64,000 nt of DNA from Podarcis gaigeae. Its lineage: Eukaryota. Below, one piece after another: positions 11,797 through 24,170 of the stretch; within the stretch, counting starts at the first letter, position 1; each line of letters opens with the position of its first letter. Below the pieces are notes generated by a model that was not told where the DNA came from, ran no database searches, and saw nothing but the letters and a program-made list of their open reading frames with translations. The translations under genes were made by a program, and so were the position numbers. The stretch lies in NCBI GenBank assembly GCA_964106915.2, contig OZ066918.1. One strand, given 5' to 3'.

Positions 11797-12443
11797 TACA
11801 TCTCATATATTAACTGCACCCCTTCTCAGAGAACAAGGAACATGTCTTGGTTCTCTTGAAAATTAAATTACTCTAGTGTGTTCCATGAGACTGTCCCTAT
11901 CATCATTAGCATACAACTAGGTTGACAGATGATGCAGAAAGAAGACCAAACCAACAGTTGCTCAGCTGTGCTGGATGTTAGTATGAGTATGAGTGTGACT
12001 CAAAGTGCTGTTTCTAATGCACCTATAAAGCCTTGCATTACTGTTTTCCCTATATCAGCCAGTGTACCCTCTTTATGATAGGTAGAGGAAGTCATGCTCT
12101 GAATCCTGGTTCTGCAGAAAGTTTAAGGAGAAAGGCTTTCCCTGTGACATTTTCTCCAGGGAAGCAATTAAGCAACAAATCTGTCTAGTTTTAGATGACT
12201 TGGCAGGGAGGGGGAGAAAAGAGAATCACTGGGGGGGGGGGTTAGCTCTCTAGTATTTTTTTCATCTTATAGCTTTGCAAGTCACTGGGCCCTGAACAGA
12301 GGATATGCTATCAGCTCTTTTATGTTGGTATGCGATTAAAGAGGAGCATATAGTGGATTTTACAGTTTTGAAGCTGTAAAATACCTTATTTATATTTTTT
12401 TAACATATTAGGTGGAAAGGCAATTTAGAACAACCGAACATAC

Positions 12444-12585
12444 CTGTCCCCACTTTGTACTCCCATTGGGATACAATAATTGAGTTCTAATCGAGCAATG
12501 TTTCCAAGCCTGAGAACTATTCCAGCACCATAAGACCATCGGATGCACTCTGCTAGTTTACGAAGATGAGCCTTAGGACCTTCAC
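12444..12585 (-). CDS. SAMM50: SAMM50 exon 14
   Basis: [48 protein letters not shown]; 142 nt, AG/GT. Confidence 0.96.
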
Positions 12586-12667
12586 CTGGGAGTGGAAAGG
12601 AAGCCAATGAGAATGAGACAATAACCAAATGTTTTCATGGCCAGTAGCCCAAGTTCTGTTCCAGGTA

Positions 12668-13036
12668 AAAGGTAAAGGTAAAGGTACCCCTGCCCGTACA
12701 GGCCAGTCTTGACAGACTCTAGGGTTGTGCGCTCATCTCACTCTAGAGGCCGGGAGCCAGCGCTGTCCGCAGACACTTCCGGGTCACGTGGCCAGCGTGA
12801 CGAAGCTGCTCTGGCGAGCCGGCACCAGCGCAGCACACGGAAACGCCGTTTACCTTCCCGCTATAAAGCGGTACCTATTTATCTACTTGCACTTAAGGGT
12901 GCTTTTGAACTGCTAGGTGGGCAGGAGCTGGGACCGAACGATGGGAGCTCACCCCGCCGCGGGGATTCGAACCGCCGACCATGCGATCGGCAAGTCCTAG
13001 GCACTGAGGTTTTACCCACAGCGCCACCCGCGTCCC
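12668..13036 (+). mobile_element. Sauria SINE, full length, CpG-rich (young)
   Basis: (AAAGGT)n head; 14-bp TSD TTCTGTTCCAGGTA at 12654-12667 and 13037-13050. Confidence 0.9.
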
Positions 13037-13157
13037 TTCTGTTCCAGGTACAAGGCAGTAAACTATTTTAAAACACTCAATTTAAAAAATGTAATTTTTG
13101 CAGAAACAGTTAAAATGCCTTAAAAGGGGGGGGGGCTCCAATGTATTTGCTTCTTAC

Positions 13158-13304
13158 CATAATTAAGATTGCAGAGGTTGCCAGCATTGAGAAAGAAGTG
13201 TGTTCTGAATAGATCTCCAAATCCTCCCCGGCCAGGCCGAAAAGGAAGAGGAGTGTACAAATGCAGACCTCCAGCCCAGTAAGCTTCACCTCCCAGGTAA
13301 TCCC
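13158..13304 (-). CDS. SAMM50: SAMM50 exon 13
   Basis: [50 protein letters not shown]; 147 nt. Confidence 0.96.
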
Positions 13305-13817
13305 CTAGAAGAGTAACACAGCACAAAATATTTGCTCCATCAGCAATCCCAAGAACACTATTCAGTATAAGAAAGAGGTATCCTCCGTCACTTCAGGCTA
13401 AATCTACTTTTTTGCCATAATTGTCCATAGAAGCACTACACACTGTAAAACTTTATTGATGGTCCCACCTGCTGGCAATGGATCACAGAACAACTTTCAG
13501 AACAATATTGTGGGACGGCTACAACACCTTCCCTGTATCTGGGGTTCAAGCTGGAGGCGTAGGGGTTTCCAGGGCTTGGGTGACCCCTTTTTGGCTTCAC
13601 CCAGGCCTGGGAAGCTTGCCTGCCTAATTACAACAACACCTTTCTTTACTACGTTGTAGGACGTAGGCAGAAATACAGATACATAAAGAACGCAATTTTG
13701 TCAATGCATCTTTCTGTTTGTTCACTTAAAGAAGGTAGATTTCCAGGGGAGACTGAGTAACTTTTTTCTGAAAAGGGGGTGGTAGGTCTGATAAGTTTGG
13801 GAACCTCTGCCATAGAA

Positions 13818-14190
13818 TATTAAACAGCCCAAGGTCTGGTTGAAGAGGAATGTTTTTGCCTGGCACCTAAAGACATGAAATGAAGGTGACAGGTGATCCT
13901 CCTTAGGGAGAGCATTCCACAAATGGGGAGCCACCACAGAAAAGGCCCCTTCTCAGGTTGCTACCCTCCAGACCTCTCACAGAGGAGGCACATGAAGAAG
14001 GGCCTCAGGTAATGATTACAGGGTCCAAGTGGAGAGAGGCAGCCCTGGAAGTATTGCGGTCCTGAGCTGCTTAAGGTTTCATAGGTCAAAACCAGCACTC
14101 TGAATTGGGCCTGGAAACTAACTGGCAGCCAGTGCAGTCAGGCCAGGATTGGTGTAATATGCTCAAACCGTCTAATCAGGTAGACCAACC
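13818..14190 (-). mobile_element. L2-type LINE 3' fragment
   Basis: LHWLPV..FKVL..AFSVVAPHLWNALP..AKTFLF on the minus strand; boundaries approximate. Confidence 0.75.
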
Positions 14191-14287
14191 ACCTATCATC
14201 ATCATCATCATCAAGTATTCTCAGCCCATTTTCTGGGTCCTAGTAAAATTATTGACAATGATGCAGCCTACTAAAAATGTCTCAAAC

Positions 14288-14355
14288 CTTCACTCTGTGG
14301 TCCAATGCTGTACATACTGAATCCACGCACACTTGTTGGTCCGCCAAGATAAAAT
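14288..14355 (-). CDS. SAMM50: SAMM50 exon 12
   Basis: (R)[22 protein letters not shown](G), containing the Omp85 VRGF motif; 68 nt. Confidence 0.96.
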
Positions 14356-14740
14356 CTACAAGGAAAAGAGAACCATTACTACATGTGAAGTGGCAGGCGA
14401 CAAGGTGTGTTACAGCAGGCAGAAGGAACTGTACTTAACCACCTCCTAACCTCCAGATCCACCCTTTCAATATGATCAGGGCATATCCCTGTCTAAGCAT
14501 ACAGAGGTGCCACTGTCACACCTAGTTTGGCCATCCTTTGCTAAACTTTTCTGAGATGCAGGAAATGCTGCCATTAAAGCAAACTGCCAAGTAGCTTGGT
14601 TTGGAAGCCATGCAAATGAGTACCATTAAAATCAATGCTTAAAATAAATTTCTTGATGCAAGAGATGCATCATTTCAATTTATATCATATGCCAGACAGA
14701 CAATAGGCAAACTCAAAGGAAAGCAAGTGGAATTACTTAC

Positions 14741-14811
14741 CTATCAGCAATACTTGATGGTTTGTCTCCAATAGGAACCAACATTCCACCCCAAAGAGAA
14801 GTTGATAAAAC
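14741..14811 (-). CDS. SAMM50: SAMM50 exon 11
   Basis: [23 protein letters not shown](R); 71 nt. Confidence 0.95.
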
Positions 14812-15592
14812 CTTTAAAGAGACAGGCAATCATAGATTGAGTAAAATATATGATAGGTGTACAGATAAATGTTGGAGATGTGGATCCTCGAATGCAGGTA
14901 TGAGGCATGTTTGTGGTCTTGTTCATTATTAATGAACCCCTAGTAGTAACTAGATTAATCACACTAATAACCCATTATGTTGTAACTTTGGACCCTTTAG
15001 CAATTCTGTTGTGTTATTTAGATGACTAAATAAAACAAAGAACCTGTATGGAACTTAATAGTCGCTGCCTGCATGTTAGCAGCCCCAACATGGAAGAACA
15101 ATTTACCACTTACAGTGAAAAAATAGCTAGCAAAAAGTTTGGAAATAAACCCACAGTTGGTTCAACTGCAGGATGGAAAAGAAAAGGGGGGAATTTTAGG
15201 AGTAAAATGGCTCACATTTATTGAATTTGTAAAAAATAAAAATATGTACTTTCTGAGGCAACATCAGTTCCTTCCAGAATAATAGTTTTTGTTATGTTGC
15301 CCCTTTTTCATCTTAGCATTTCCAGTGGGAACTAAGTTTTCAATACATTCACAACAAATTAAAAGGCTGTCTGGGGCGGTATAAATGACAGTGTGGCTCC
15401 ACATAATGCAGCTCCAACCCCTAAGCCACTTTCATATTGTGGAGCCTTTTAAAAGAAAGGGTAGAGTTCTCTATATTGCACTTTTAAAAAATCAAAAGGG
15501 CACAAATAGATGGATTTCTCTAGATTGTACCTATACACTGCAAATTATGGTCAGGAGCCAAGAGTTGCCTAATGTTGAGCAAAGGGTTATGC

Positions 15593-15596
<4 letters not shown>

Positions 15597-15664
<68 letters not shown>
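15597..15664. repeat. compound microsatellite (CT)n(CA)n
   Basis: Seen directly. Confidence 0.95.
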
Positions 15665-15665
<1 letters not shown>

Positions 15666-15957
15666 TCAAACTGGCTTCGTAGAACAAGAAACCTCCCCAC
15701 CACAACACTAACTGCTTCTGGAACTCCCTCAAGTTTCAAAACTTACATGACAATTATCACACCTGCATTTTCCCTGTTAGGAAAATGCACACATTTTCTA
15801 TATTCTAACATGCAAGCTGAACTGATTCCAAATTGAACTGCTAAATGCTGTACTTAAAACAATTTGTAACTTTAAAAAGATACATTATTTCATTTGGGGT
15901 TTTTTTAAAAGGTACTATGATATGAATCGTTTACTCCCAATAGCACCAAGTACTTAC

Positions 15958-16044
15958 TGAATCCCACAAGAGCTTCTTATTAAACTGAAGTTCAAAGTCC
16001 TCTTTCAGAAAACTCACATCACCACCAGTATAGCCAGCCAACTC
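15958..16044 (-). CDS. SAMM50: SAMM50 exon 10
   Basis: [29 protein letters not shown]; 87 nt. Confidence 0.95.
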
Positions 16045-16290
16045 CTAAAATACCAAACAGACTCTTTTGAAGACAGAAATATAAATACAAAAACACATTT
16101 CCACACGAATCACTTGTTGTTTTATTATACTATACTGTACTATATATGAAACAAAATACTGATTTGAAGGCTAGTTCAATCATGCAGGGAGCCAAAGTGT
16201 ACAGGACTTCAACTAATAGTGCCATATTTTGCATACATATTGCAAATATAAAACACCCACCCACAGCTATTTTCCAGAACCTGATAATAC

Positions 16291-16362
16291 CTGGTTTATT
16301 TTCAGCAAAGCACCTCGTCTCGGCAAGATTGAAGAGTTACGAGAATCAATTACCATTGCGTG
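16291..16362 (-). CDS. SAMM50: SAMM50 exon 9
   Basis: [24 protein letters not shown]; 72 nt. Confidence 0.95.
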
Positions 16363-16956
16363 CTATAAACAAACACACATATGAAATGTTATAATGTAGG
16401 AACAGTCAACTATGACATTCTTTTTTCCTGAATTGCATAGAATCTTATTGGAGATAGAGGAAAAAATTATTCATCACTCCTCTTTTGGGCAAACATTCTA
16501 CTAAACTCTTAACGTGATACTGCATAATCAAAATTATCTAGCAATAAAAGGTTCATCCTTAATTCTGAATTTTACTGAGTAGTTTTGTAGACCAAGCGTA
16601 CACTGAGCATTTCAACATGAAGCTACCACATTATGTGGAAACTGTGGCCAAGATCCAATTCGTTACACTGAGTGGCTGCATTCCTTGTGACAACTGCCAG
16701 TTATCCAACTGTGCACAGGCAACTGAGTATGAATACACATGTGAAACTGCAAAGGAGATATTTGTTCTCCATCTGCAGTTTGCTGGATCACAGCGATACT
16801 ACCAGCCACTGCAACGTTAGCTCTGTCTCAGCAAGTGAAGAGAGAGAGGCGTACTTACTGATATGTGGAAGAAAAGGCAACTCTTACAATATTCAGTCCC
16901 CTCCCATGTGAGAGAATGGGGGGGATACCTCCCTTAAAATGATGCTCCCCTGACTA

Positions 16957-16957
<1 letters not shown>

Positions 16958-17004
<47 letters not shown>

Positions 17005-17368
17005 TTATTAATATCCCGCCCTCCCCAGCCGAAGCTGGGCTCAGTGCGGCTAACAACAATAAAACAGTACAACAGTACAACACAACACTCTAAAATCATT
17101 CCTTATAAAATTAATTCAAATTAAACCACTGGCAACCATTGGGCCAGAGCCCTGTGAAGATTGCCAAAGGAGGGAGTCAGGCTGTGCCCTGGCCAAAGGC
17201 CTGGTGGAACAGCTCCGTCTTGCAGGCCCTGCGGAAAGATGTCAGGTCCCGCAGGGCCCTAGTCTCTTGTGACAGAGCGTTCCACCAGATCGGAGCCACA
17301 GTCGAAAAAGTCCTGACTCTAGTTGAGGCCAGTCTAACCTCTCTGTGGCCTGGGACCTCCAAGATGTT
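16958..17368 (-). mobile_element. L2-type LINE 3' end with (TTA)n tail
   Basis: RTFSTVAPIWWNALSQETR..FRRACKTELFHQAF; (AAT)n at 16958-17003. Confidence 0.75.
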
Positions 17369-17712
17369 AAATAAAAAAAAATTATAATTTTTTTTTTATT
17401 AGCAATGGCATATTTTTAGCCAAGTAAACATTCTGATAGATCAATTGAACCTTACAGCTCTTATTGTGAATAAATATACAATTGCCACTTCAGCTATTAA
17501 CTATGCAAGACATACAGCAAAGCCAGGTTCCCTTTGCATGTGAAAAACCAACTGCTATTAAGAAAGTTGTGTCTCTCTTCATGTTAGGAAATGTACCCTT
17601 ACAATGAACTGAAAATATTAGGTATGTTGTGAAACCTTATAACAATAATATAAGTAGATAAATATGAATATAAAAGTATATATAAATGAATAAAAGGATA
17701 AAGATGCTGTAA

Positions 17713-17756
<44 letters not shown>

Positions 17757-17836
17757 TTTCGTAGATTTTCACGGGTACAGGAATGCAGGTTTTGGTGTCC
17801 TCGGGTGTCTTCCCGTGTAAAAGTTGGGGTGTCTAG

Positions 17837-17874
17837 GCGACGTTTCGACGAGGTCTCACTCGTCATCTTCAGGC
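17837..17874 (-). ncRNA. hammerhead ribozyme-like motif, sense to SAMM50 pre-mRNA
   Basis: Mirror copy of 18266-18303. Confidence 0.6.
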
Positions 17875-18265
17875 TGGTGCTTTCGGCTTCTTGTTACTGG
17901 AACAGAGCGGGATCTCAATGTTTGAGTTCCTATAAATACTGTAGAGGGGGTGTGGTGTCTAGCCTCCAATGTTCTGGGCAGAGAGGAAGTTCCCAGGCTA
18001 GTGTGCCTTTTCTTCTTTTGTTCCTTAATTACTTGAGAGATACCTTGAGTGATTTCTTGAGTGGTACTCAGGATATCACTCAAGAAATCACTCAAGGTAT
18101 CTCTCAAGTAATTAAGGAACAAAAGAAGAAAAGGCACACTAGCCTGGGAACTTCCTCTCTGCCCAGAACATTGGAGGCTAGACACCACACCCCCTCTACA
18201 GTATTTATAGGAACTCAAACATTGAGATCCCGCTCTGTTCCAGTAACAAGAAGCCGAAAGCACCA

Positions 18266-18303
18266 GCCTGAAGATGACGAGTGAGACCTCGTCGAAACGT
18301 CGC
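18266..18303 (+). ncRNA. hammerhead ribozyme-like motif
   Basis: GC-CTGAAGA-T-GACGAG-TGAGAC-CTCGTC-GAAAC-GTC-GC: intact core, 6-bp stem II, palindromic ACGT stem III, GUC site; stem I only about 2 bp. Confidence 0.6.
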
Positions 18304-18352
18304 CTAGACACCCCAACTTTTACACGGGAAGACACCCGAGGACACCAAAACC

Positions 18353-18399
<47 letters not shown>

Positions 18400-18589
18400 C
18401 AGCACAAAAATCAGCTTTCCTCATATCCGTATAGACTCGAATCTCTATTGCTCTTGGGCAAGAATGGACAACAGGTGTCATAAGGAACCATTATTTCAGC
18501 ACTATTGCATTTGGCTTAATTAATGTGGTACTATTCATCAGCATTTGGTCGTACTTAAAAAATTCATATTCCAAATAGCAAAAACCTAC

Positions 18590-18718
18590 AGACACAGATG
18601 ACTTGAGTGAATGTCCACTTTCTTCTCGGACAGAAAATGATGCTGTTCTTGCAAGACAGCCAAGCTCCCTCCAGACACCCTCCCATTTTAGTGTGTGGTT
18701 GGTCTTCCATATGGGAAA
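18590..18718 (-). CDS. SAMM50: SAMM50 exon 8
   Basis: [43 protein letters not shown]; 129 nt. Confidence 0.96.
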
Positions 18719-19455
18719 CTGTAAAAGAAACAATTTCTTTAATTATGAATGAGAAAACATTTACAGATTTCCAGCATCTTTCACATATTTCTTTATGAGC
18801 AGGAGCACTGGGTTTACTGGTAATGCAGCCAGTCTTAGAAGAGCCAACTCAGACTATAGGAGCTGCTGCTAAGGTACTTTGCTTTGACAGTCTCCTCCCA
18901 GGTTCACCTGGCTTCTCTCTTGAGGACAGGTGCTAGCCAGGTGAGCTGGCTTTTTGTGAGGAAGGTGCTGGGCTGCTAGCTCCTTTGAAGAGAGTTGCTA
19001 GGCTCTCAGCTGGACCGGAGCCGAGGCAAGCAGCAGACATGAGGTAACTCAGTGAATTCTCACAGAAAGGAGATGCTGGGGTGTTGAAATCCATGCAAGA
19101 ATTTGCCAGTTCCAGGAGGCAGCACTGGAGCAACAACAGAGCAGGAAAATTTTCAGTTGCTGCATCTGCTTCATTTTTAAAATGCTGCCTCCATTGCCTT
19201 CTGCTCCCCCACCTCAATTTTAGCAATGCAGAAGATGAAGCAAGAAGATGAGAGGAAAAGGAAAGGTTAAGTCTATCATGCCCAGCACAAATATTTCCTC
19301 CTCCTGAGTTCTCTGCAATCTTCAAAAAACTTGAGAAAACTTGGTTTGAGTGAGGGGCAGCTGCCAGACAGAGAGGCACTGTCACTGCAGGTAACCAAAT
19401 TTGTGGATTTCTCGTTCCCCAGCCAACCATAAACAAGTAGTGCTATTTTACCTAC

Positions 19456-19543
19456 ATTGAATTCTGTTGATATTCCTCTATCAGTTTCACGAAGAGAACT
19501 CCAAGGAAATTGCCCGGTTACTTTATACAGATTGAGAGAAAAG
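19456..19543 (-). CDS. SAMM50: SAMM50 exon 7
   Basis: (N)[29 protein letters not shown]; 88 nt. Confidence 0.95.
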
Positions 19544-20159
19544 CTAGAAACATAACATTGAGATTTGGATTACTACAACAAAGAAAGGAGCTGAAGAACA
19601 AGTGTTTCATAAGATCACACCTATGGCACTGCTTAACTTTACCTATAGCACATAAAAAGAACTCTTTACTTGGCAAGCAGGTCAAAGCTGTATGGCTCTG
19701 CCACATTTGTCATTGTAAAATCCTTAAAGGAAAGATGTTAAGATTGCACTCGTGGTTCAAGTTCCTGGACCTCCAAACTAACCTTCTGTGCTGTATGGTC
19801 AACAATCCTAATTCACCATATGCCTCACAGACACTCTCTGTCTCTTACTAAATGAGCCAGGAAGGCAGAGATAGAATGGTGGTTCGCCACTAGCAGGACA
19901 GGAGCCTAGCGCCAGCTATGCCTTCAAGCTAGAACTGGAGCCCTTAAGTTAGATCTAAATAGCTAAACCACAGAAGAATTGCTTACAATAGTACTGTACA
20001 AAATCCTTTAATAGCTTAAAAACCAATTAATAAGTTGGTTACAGAAAATGGAAGATAATTCTCATATGTCATCATTAATCAACTTAATTTACTTTCAGTG
20101 TTAACAGTGAAATGCAGATAGTTGTACAAGGAGCTGCACAAGCTTAAGAAGAGGAAGAA

Positions 20160-20392
20160 GAGTTTGGATTTGATATCCCGCCTTTCACTCCCTTTAAGGA
20201 GTCTCAAAGCGGCTAACATTCTCCTTTCCCTTCCTCCCCCACAACAAACACTCTGTGAGGTGAGTGGGGCCGAGAGACTTCAGAGAAGTGTGACTGGCCC
20301 AAGGTCACCCAGCAGCTGCAGGTGGAGGAGTGGAGATGCGAACCCGGTTCCCCAGATTACAAGTCCACCGCTCTTAACCACTACACCACACT
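20160..20392 (-). mobile_element. tRNA-derived squamate SINE (Squam3-like)
   Basis: Minus strand starts CAGTGTGGTGTAGTGGTTAAGAGCGG (A box)..GGTTCGCATC (B box), core GCTGCTGGGTGACCTTGGGCCAGTCAC. Confidence 0.75.
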
Positions 20393-21797
20393 GACACTCC
20401 ACAGCAGCGGTCTCTTAAAGTGCTGGAAGCCGAGACATCTACATTAACTTTCTGAACAGAACTATTTGATGAGAAAAGGCAATTTACCATTTTATCATGA
20501 AATTTTACTGTTTTGGATTTGACAAAAACTGTTGAAAGCTTAAGAACATATGGGAGGGATGAAACAAACTGAGCTGCCTTTCATTATCTTTGTGTGAGTG
20601 GACAGACATACAGCTGTTAGCGCAGACTAGATTTACTTGCAAACATGTCAAAACAGAATGATACTGTATTTGTCTTAGAATTAGCTGAAACAAGAGATAG
20701 AAGCTAAACAGCAAGATATCTTGCTCACTTTCCCCAAAGTTCACCAGTGTTGGAAATACATAGAAATATAACCTGATTAATGCAGAATTAGTTCCAATGT
20801 AATACTTTGCACACATGGTGTGAGGAATCACAGCCCTGTATGTATACATGTAAAAAATATAGTTGAATGTGTCACCCAAAATGTTTGCTCAAAAAAATCT
20901 CCTGGGCTAAAGCTAGATACAGTATTTTTAATAATGATAATAATAAAGTTGTGAAACCGACTTTCTATCCATGGGAATAACTCCAAAAAGCCATACCCAA
21001 TTTGGGCATTAACATGTTCTACTGAGGCCTGGTGCTCAGGAACACATCACCAGAGGGGAGTTTTCCCGGCTGCTGAAAGCCTGGCAAGATAGAAGGGAGA
21101 AGAAGGACTTTATACATGACTTCAACAGCAATGGCAGCTGGGAGGCCAGAGAACCAGCAACATCTGATGCCCATCTGCCTGGTAAGACCTACAGCAGTCA
21201 AGAAATGTCCCATTCAAGGAAAAGCATAGGAGAGAATGAAAACTTAGGAGTAAATTCTACCATGTAAACTGCCTTAAGAACTCTTTTGTTGGAACTAAGG
21301 AAGCATAGATTCTAAAAGTGCAAGACATCGGGTTGTATCCAATGTGGAACTTCTGTTTCCTCTCCAGCCACAACACACATACCCCAACATTTGTTCCAGA
21401 TCCCCCAAGCCTTCAGAGTGAGGGTACACAGGGGTGAGTGGGTGGAGCAGACAGGAGACTAAGCTCTGTTGTTCACACTAAGTCCACTGTATAAGCAGAG
21501 CTGAAGCACTGGGTATGGCCCAATCTGTTAACACGTGCCTTAAAATATTTGCTAACGGTCATAGCAGTGAAAGCTGTTACCAACTACTCTCAGTGTGACC
21601 AACTGCAAATGAGAGTGAACGTACTGTGTATTGGGGTCACTACCTTAAGTAGCTCATCTTTCAAAAAATGGGGTGTATACTGGTGATTTTATTGTCCTTT
21701 GCTGCACACCACTTACAATACATTTTCAAGGGTCTAGGGTTTTTCTAAATAGATGTACATAACACTGAAACCTTACTACATTCTGAAGGTATCTTAC

Positions 21798-21928
21798 TTT
21801 CTTTCGAAGTGGCCAGGCTGTGGTTTGAAGAAAGAGAGACCATATGAAGTTTCCTTTGTGCCATAGGAGAACTGAAATGTCACCTTCTCGGCACGTCCAA
21901 ATATATTCGGGAGTTTGAGTCCAAGTAC
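21798..21928 (-). CDS. SAMM50: SAMM50 exon 6
   Basis: [43 protein letters not shown](N); 131 nt. Confidence 0.96.
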
Positions 21929-23053
21929 CTGCAAGTGTCAGAATAAACACTGAAGCATCTACAACTTTGCCAAGACACTTGCACACTTAACTGTTTTCAT
22001 TAGTTTTTTGCTGCACACAAATGTTTCCAGCGGCAAAGGATACCTGCTCTGCGCCCCCCTTTAAATGTTTTTTATCACTATGGTACCCCACCTGGGCTCT
22101 GGCATTGAGCAGGTTCCAGGTGCCATCTTGGTCTATCTGTCCCCCTCAATGTCCCAGAAGTCATTTGGGGGCATGGGAAGAGAAATATGACCACTGTCAC
22201 AGAAAGCACAGCCCACAAAGCTGCAATGGAGAGAGGCTGGGGGGGGGGAGGTGTGGGGGGAGGAACTCACCTTCTGCAAGCATCCTTGAAGATGCTGTGA
22301 CTACAGCCCATTGCTATTTGTGACATTTTAAACTATGTGAATTTTAAAACCCAGTTAATATTAGACTTACTAACCCATATTTCCCCAAACCTTCATGGAA
22401 ACTTTGCAGTTTTCAAGTAGTTGAAATATCCCTTTTTACCGTTATCTCAAGCTTCTCCATAAAAAACCCCAGATAAATATATTATACACCATAGGTAAAG
22501 TACCAGTGATCATATTGCTGTCAAATGTATGAAAGATGAGAAAACACATAAATCATTGCATGTTTCTCAAATTGGAACCCTAAAGCATTTTTTATAATTT
22601 TCACACAGAGCTGTCAATCATGTTCTAAATTTACAGAAGCATCAGTTTTTGAAAACATGTAAATCTCCTGACTACAAGCTTCTGATTTCAACTGAAACCT
22701 CCCTTCATTGAATCTCATAACAAGATGACATTATATTATAATAAGCACTCAATTAAAAAAATGTGTTTTCAGCTTGGAATAAAATATTGCAATTATTTAC
22801 AGTCTCAGCATATTTCTACACAATAAAAGCTGTCAAGAGATCAGAGATTTCTAGGACAACTGTAGAATAAACAGAAAAAAATGAACACATACACACCTCA
22901 TTTATTTTAATGGAACTCTCATTCCAAATAAATGTATTTATGACTGGAGAGGGAAATCTGTTTTACCAAAATTAATTTAAATCACTTATGATAAACTAGC
23001 ATATATCATATCACCACAACTTAGATTGCAGGAGGTTGTTAAGCAGGTCATAC

Positions 23054-23160
23054 CATGCTCCCTTCATTATTGCCAACCATAGTATTATAACTTCCAGTTA
23101 ATCTTCTCAGTTCTGTTACTTCAAATGTTACATCTAAACCATTTGGAAGGGCATCATCTC
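23054..23160 (-). CDS. SAMM50: SAMM50 exon 5
   Basis: (G)[35 protein letters not shown]; 107 nt. Confidence 0.96.
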
Positions 23161-23749
23161 CTAAATACACAGACAGAAGTATTAGTAAAGAAAACAATTT
23201 TTTAAATCCAGTTTGACATTTCTAATTATTAAAATACAGTGTTTCTTAAATAGCTTCTTAAAATACTTTAAATAACATATGTAATACCTAAATTAAGTTC
23301 TCACAGTTTAATACACTCAGAAAAATGCCTTCACAGAAGCTAATACTGTACCCCAAATAGATTCATCCCATGCATTTGACTTTCTATAATACTAAACGCT
23401 GTTTGGTTCAAACTATGAGCACTTAACAGTGGAATTGAAGATTTAAGCACAAACCTCACAAATCAGGACAGGAGCAGAGATCTGTGTGCCTTACCATACT
23501 TCCCTCTAGCCTCTTATAACATTTCCTTTATTTTTATTATCATAATTAACTAATTAATCACTCTCTACACAATCATCCCAAGGTGATGTATAATAGTAAA
23601 AAACAGCAGCAAAGGTTTAAAAAACAACAACTAGCTGATACATTTAAAACAAAACTAAAGCAATACAGAACAGACACTCATGGCAAGGACCCATTCATCC
23701 AGCTGGGAAAGCCGGGGGGGGGGCGGGAATCTTTTATTGTTTTCATAAT

Positions 23750-24170
23750 GTACAAATAGTGGTGCCTGTCATATCTGAACAGGAATGCTATTCCACAGAA
23801 CAGGGACAGCTACACTAAAATCCCTGCTCCAAGTTACTGCAAAAAAGGCTTCTAAGATCTTGGAACTTGCAGAAGTTTCCCCACAGACCAAAAGGCCCAC
23901 AAAACCTGATACTGCTGTATAGGGCCTTACATGTTAGTATCAAAACCCTGAACTCAGCCTGGCAGCAGACTTGGAAGCTAGTGCAAATCCTACAAGCAGG
24001 GTGTTCTATGCTGGCAGTCGTCTGCCCACAAACGCAACCTAGCCGCCACATTCTCCAGCAGCAGCAGCCTCCAGACCAACCCCAAGGGGAGCCCCACACA
24101 GAGTGCACTGGAGTAATCCAACTGTGAGGTTACCAATGCATGGACAACTGTGGTCGAGCTATCCCGATCC
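23750..24170 (-). mobile_element. degraded L2-type LINE fragment
   Basis: AEFRVLILTCKALY and RALVTSQLDYS-like remnants; boundaries approximate. Confidence 0.6.

Larger units (their letters stand above)
17755..18357 (-). mobile_element. Penelope-like element pseudo-LTR with an inverted copy, inserted in (TA)n
   Basis: Arms 17783-18063 and 18077-18357 are reverse complements; extra 28-nt 3' tail 17755-17782 on one arm only; CTGAAGAT..GAAACGTC hammerhead-type motif and TATTTATA box; (AT)n at 17717-17754 and 18356-18396. Confidence 0.75.
17783..18357. repeat. perfect inverted repeat, 281-bp arms, 13-nt spacer
   Basis: Paired positions sum to 36140; the mirror ORFs 17805-18284(+) and 17856-18335(-) translate identically except at the spacer. 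Confidence 0.97.

Noticed and set aside
17805-18335. Twin 159-aa ORFs on opposite strands
   Set aside because: Automatic result of the palindrome; non-ATG starts and no recognisable domain
18933-19436. 167-aa ORF in SAMM50 intron 7
   Set aside because: No recognisable homology, non-ATG start, and the SAMM50 frame is complete without it
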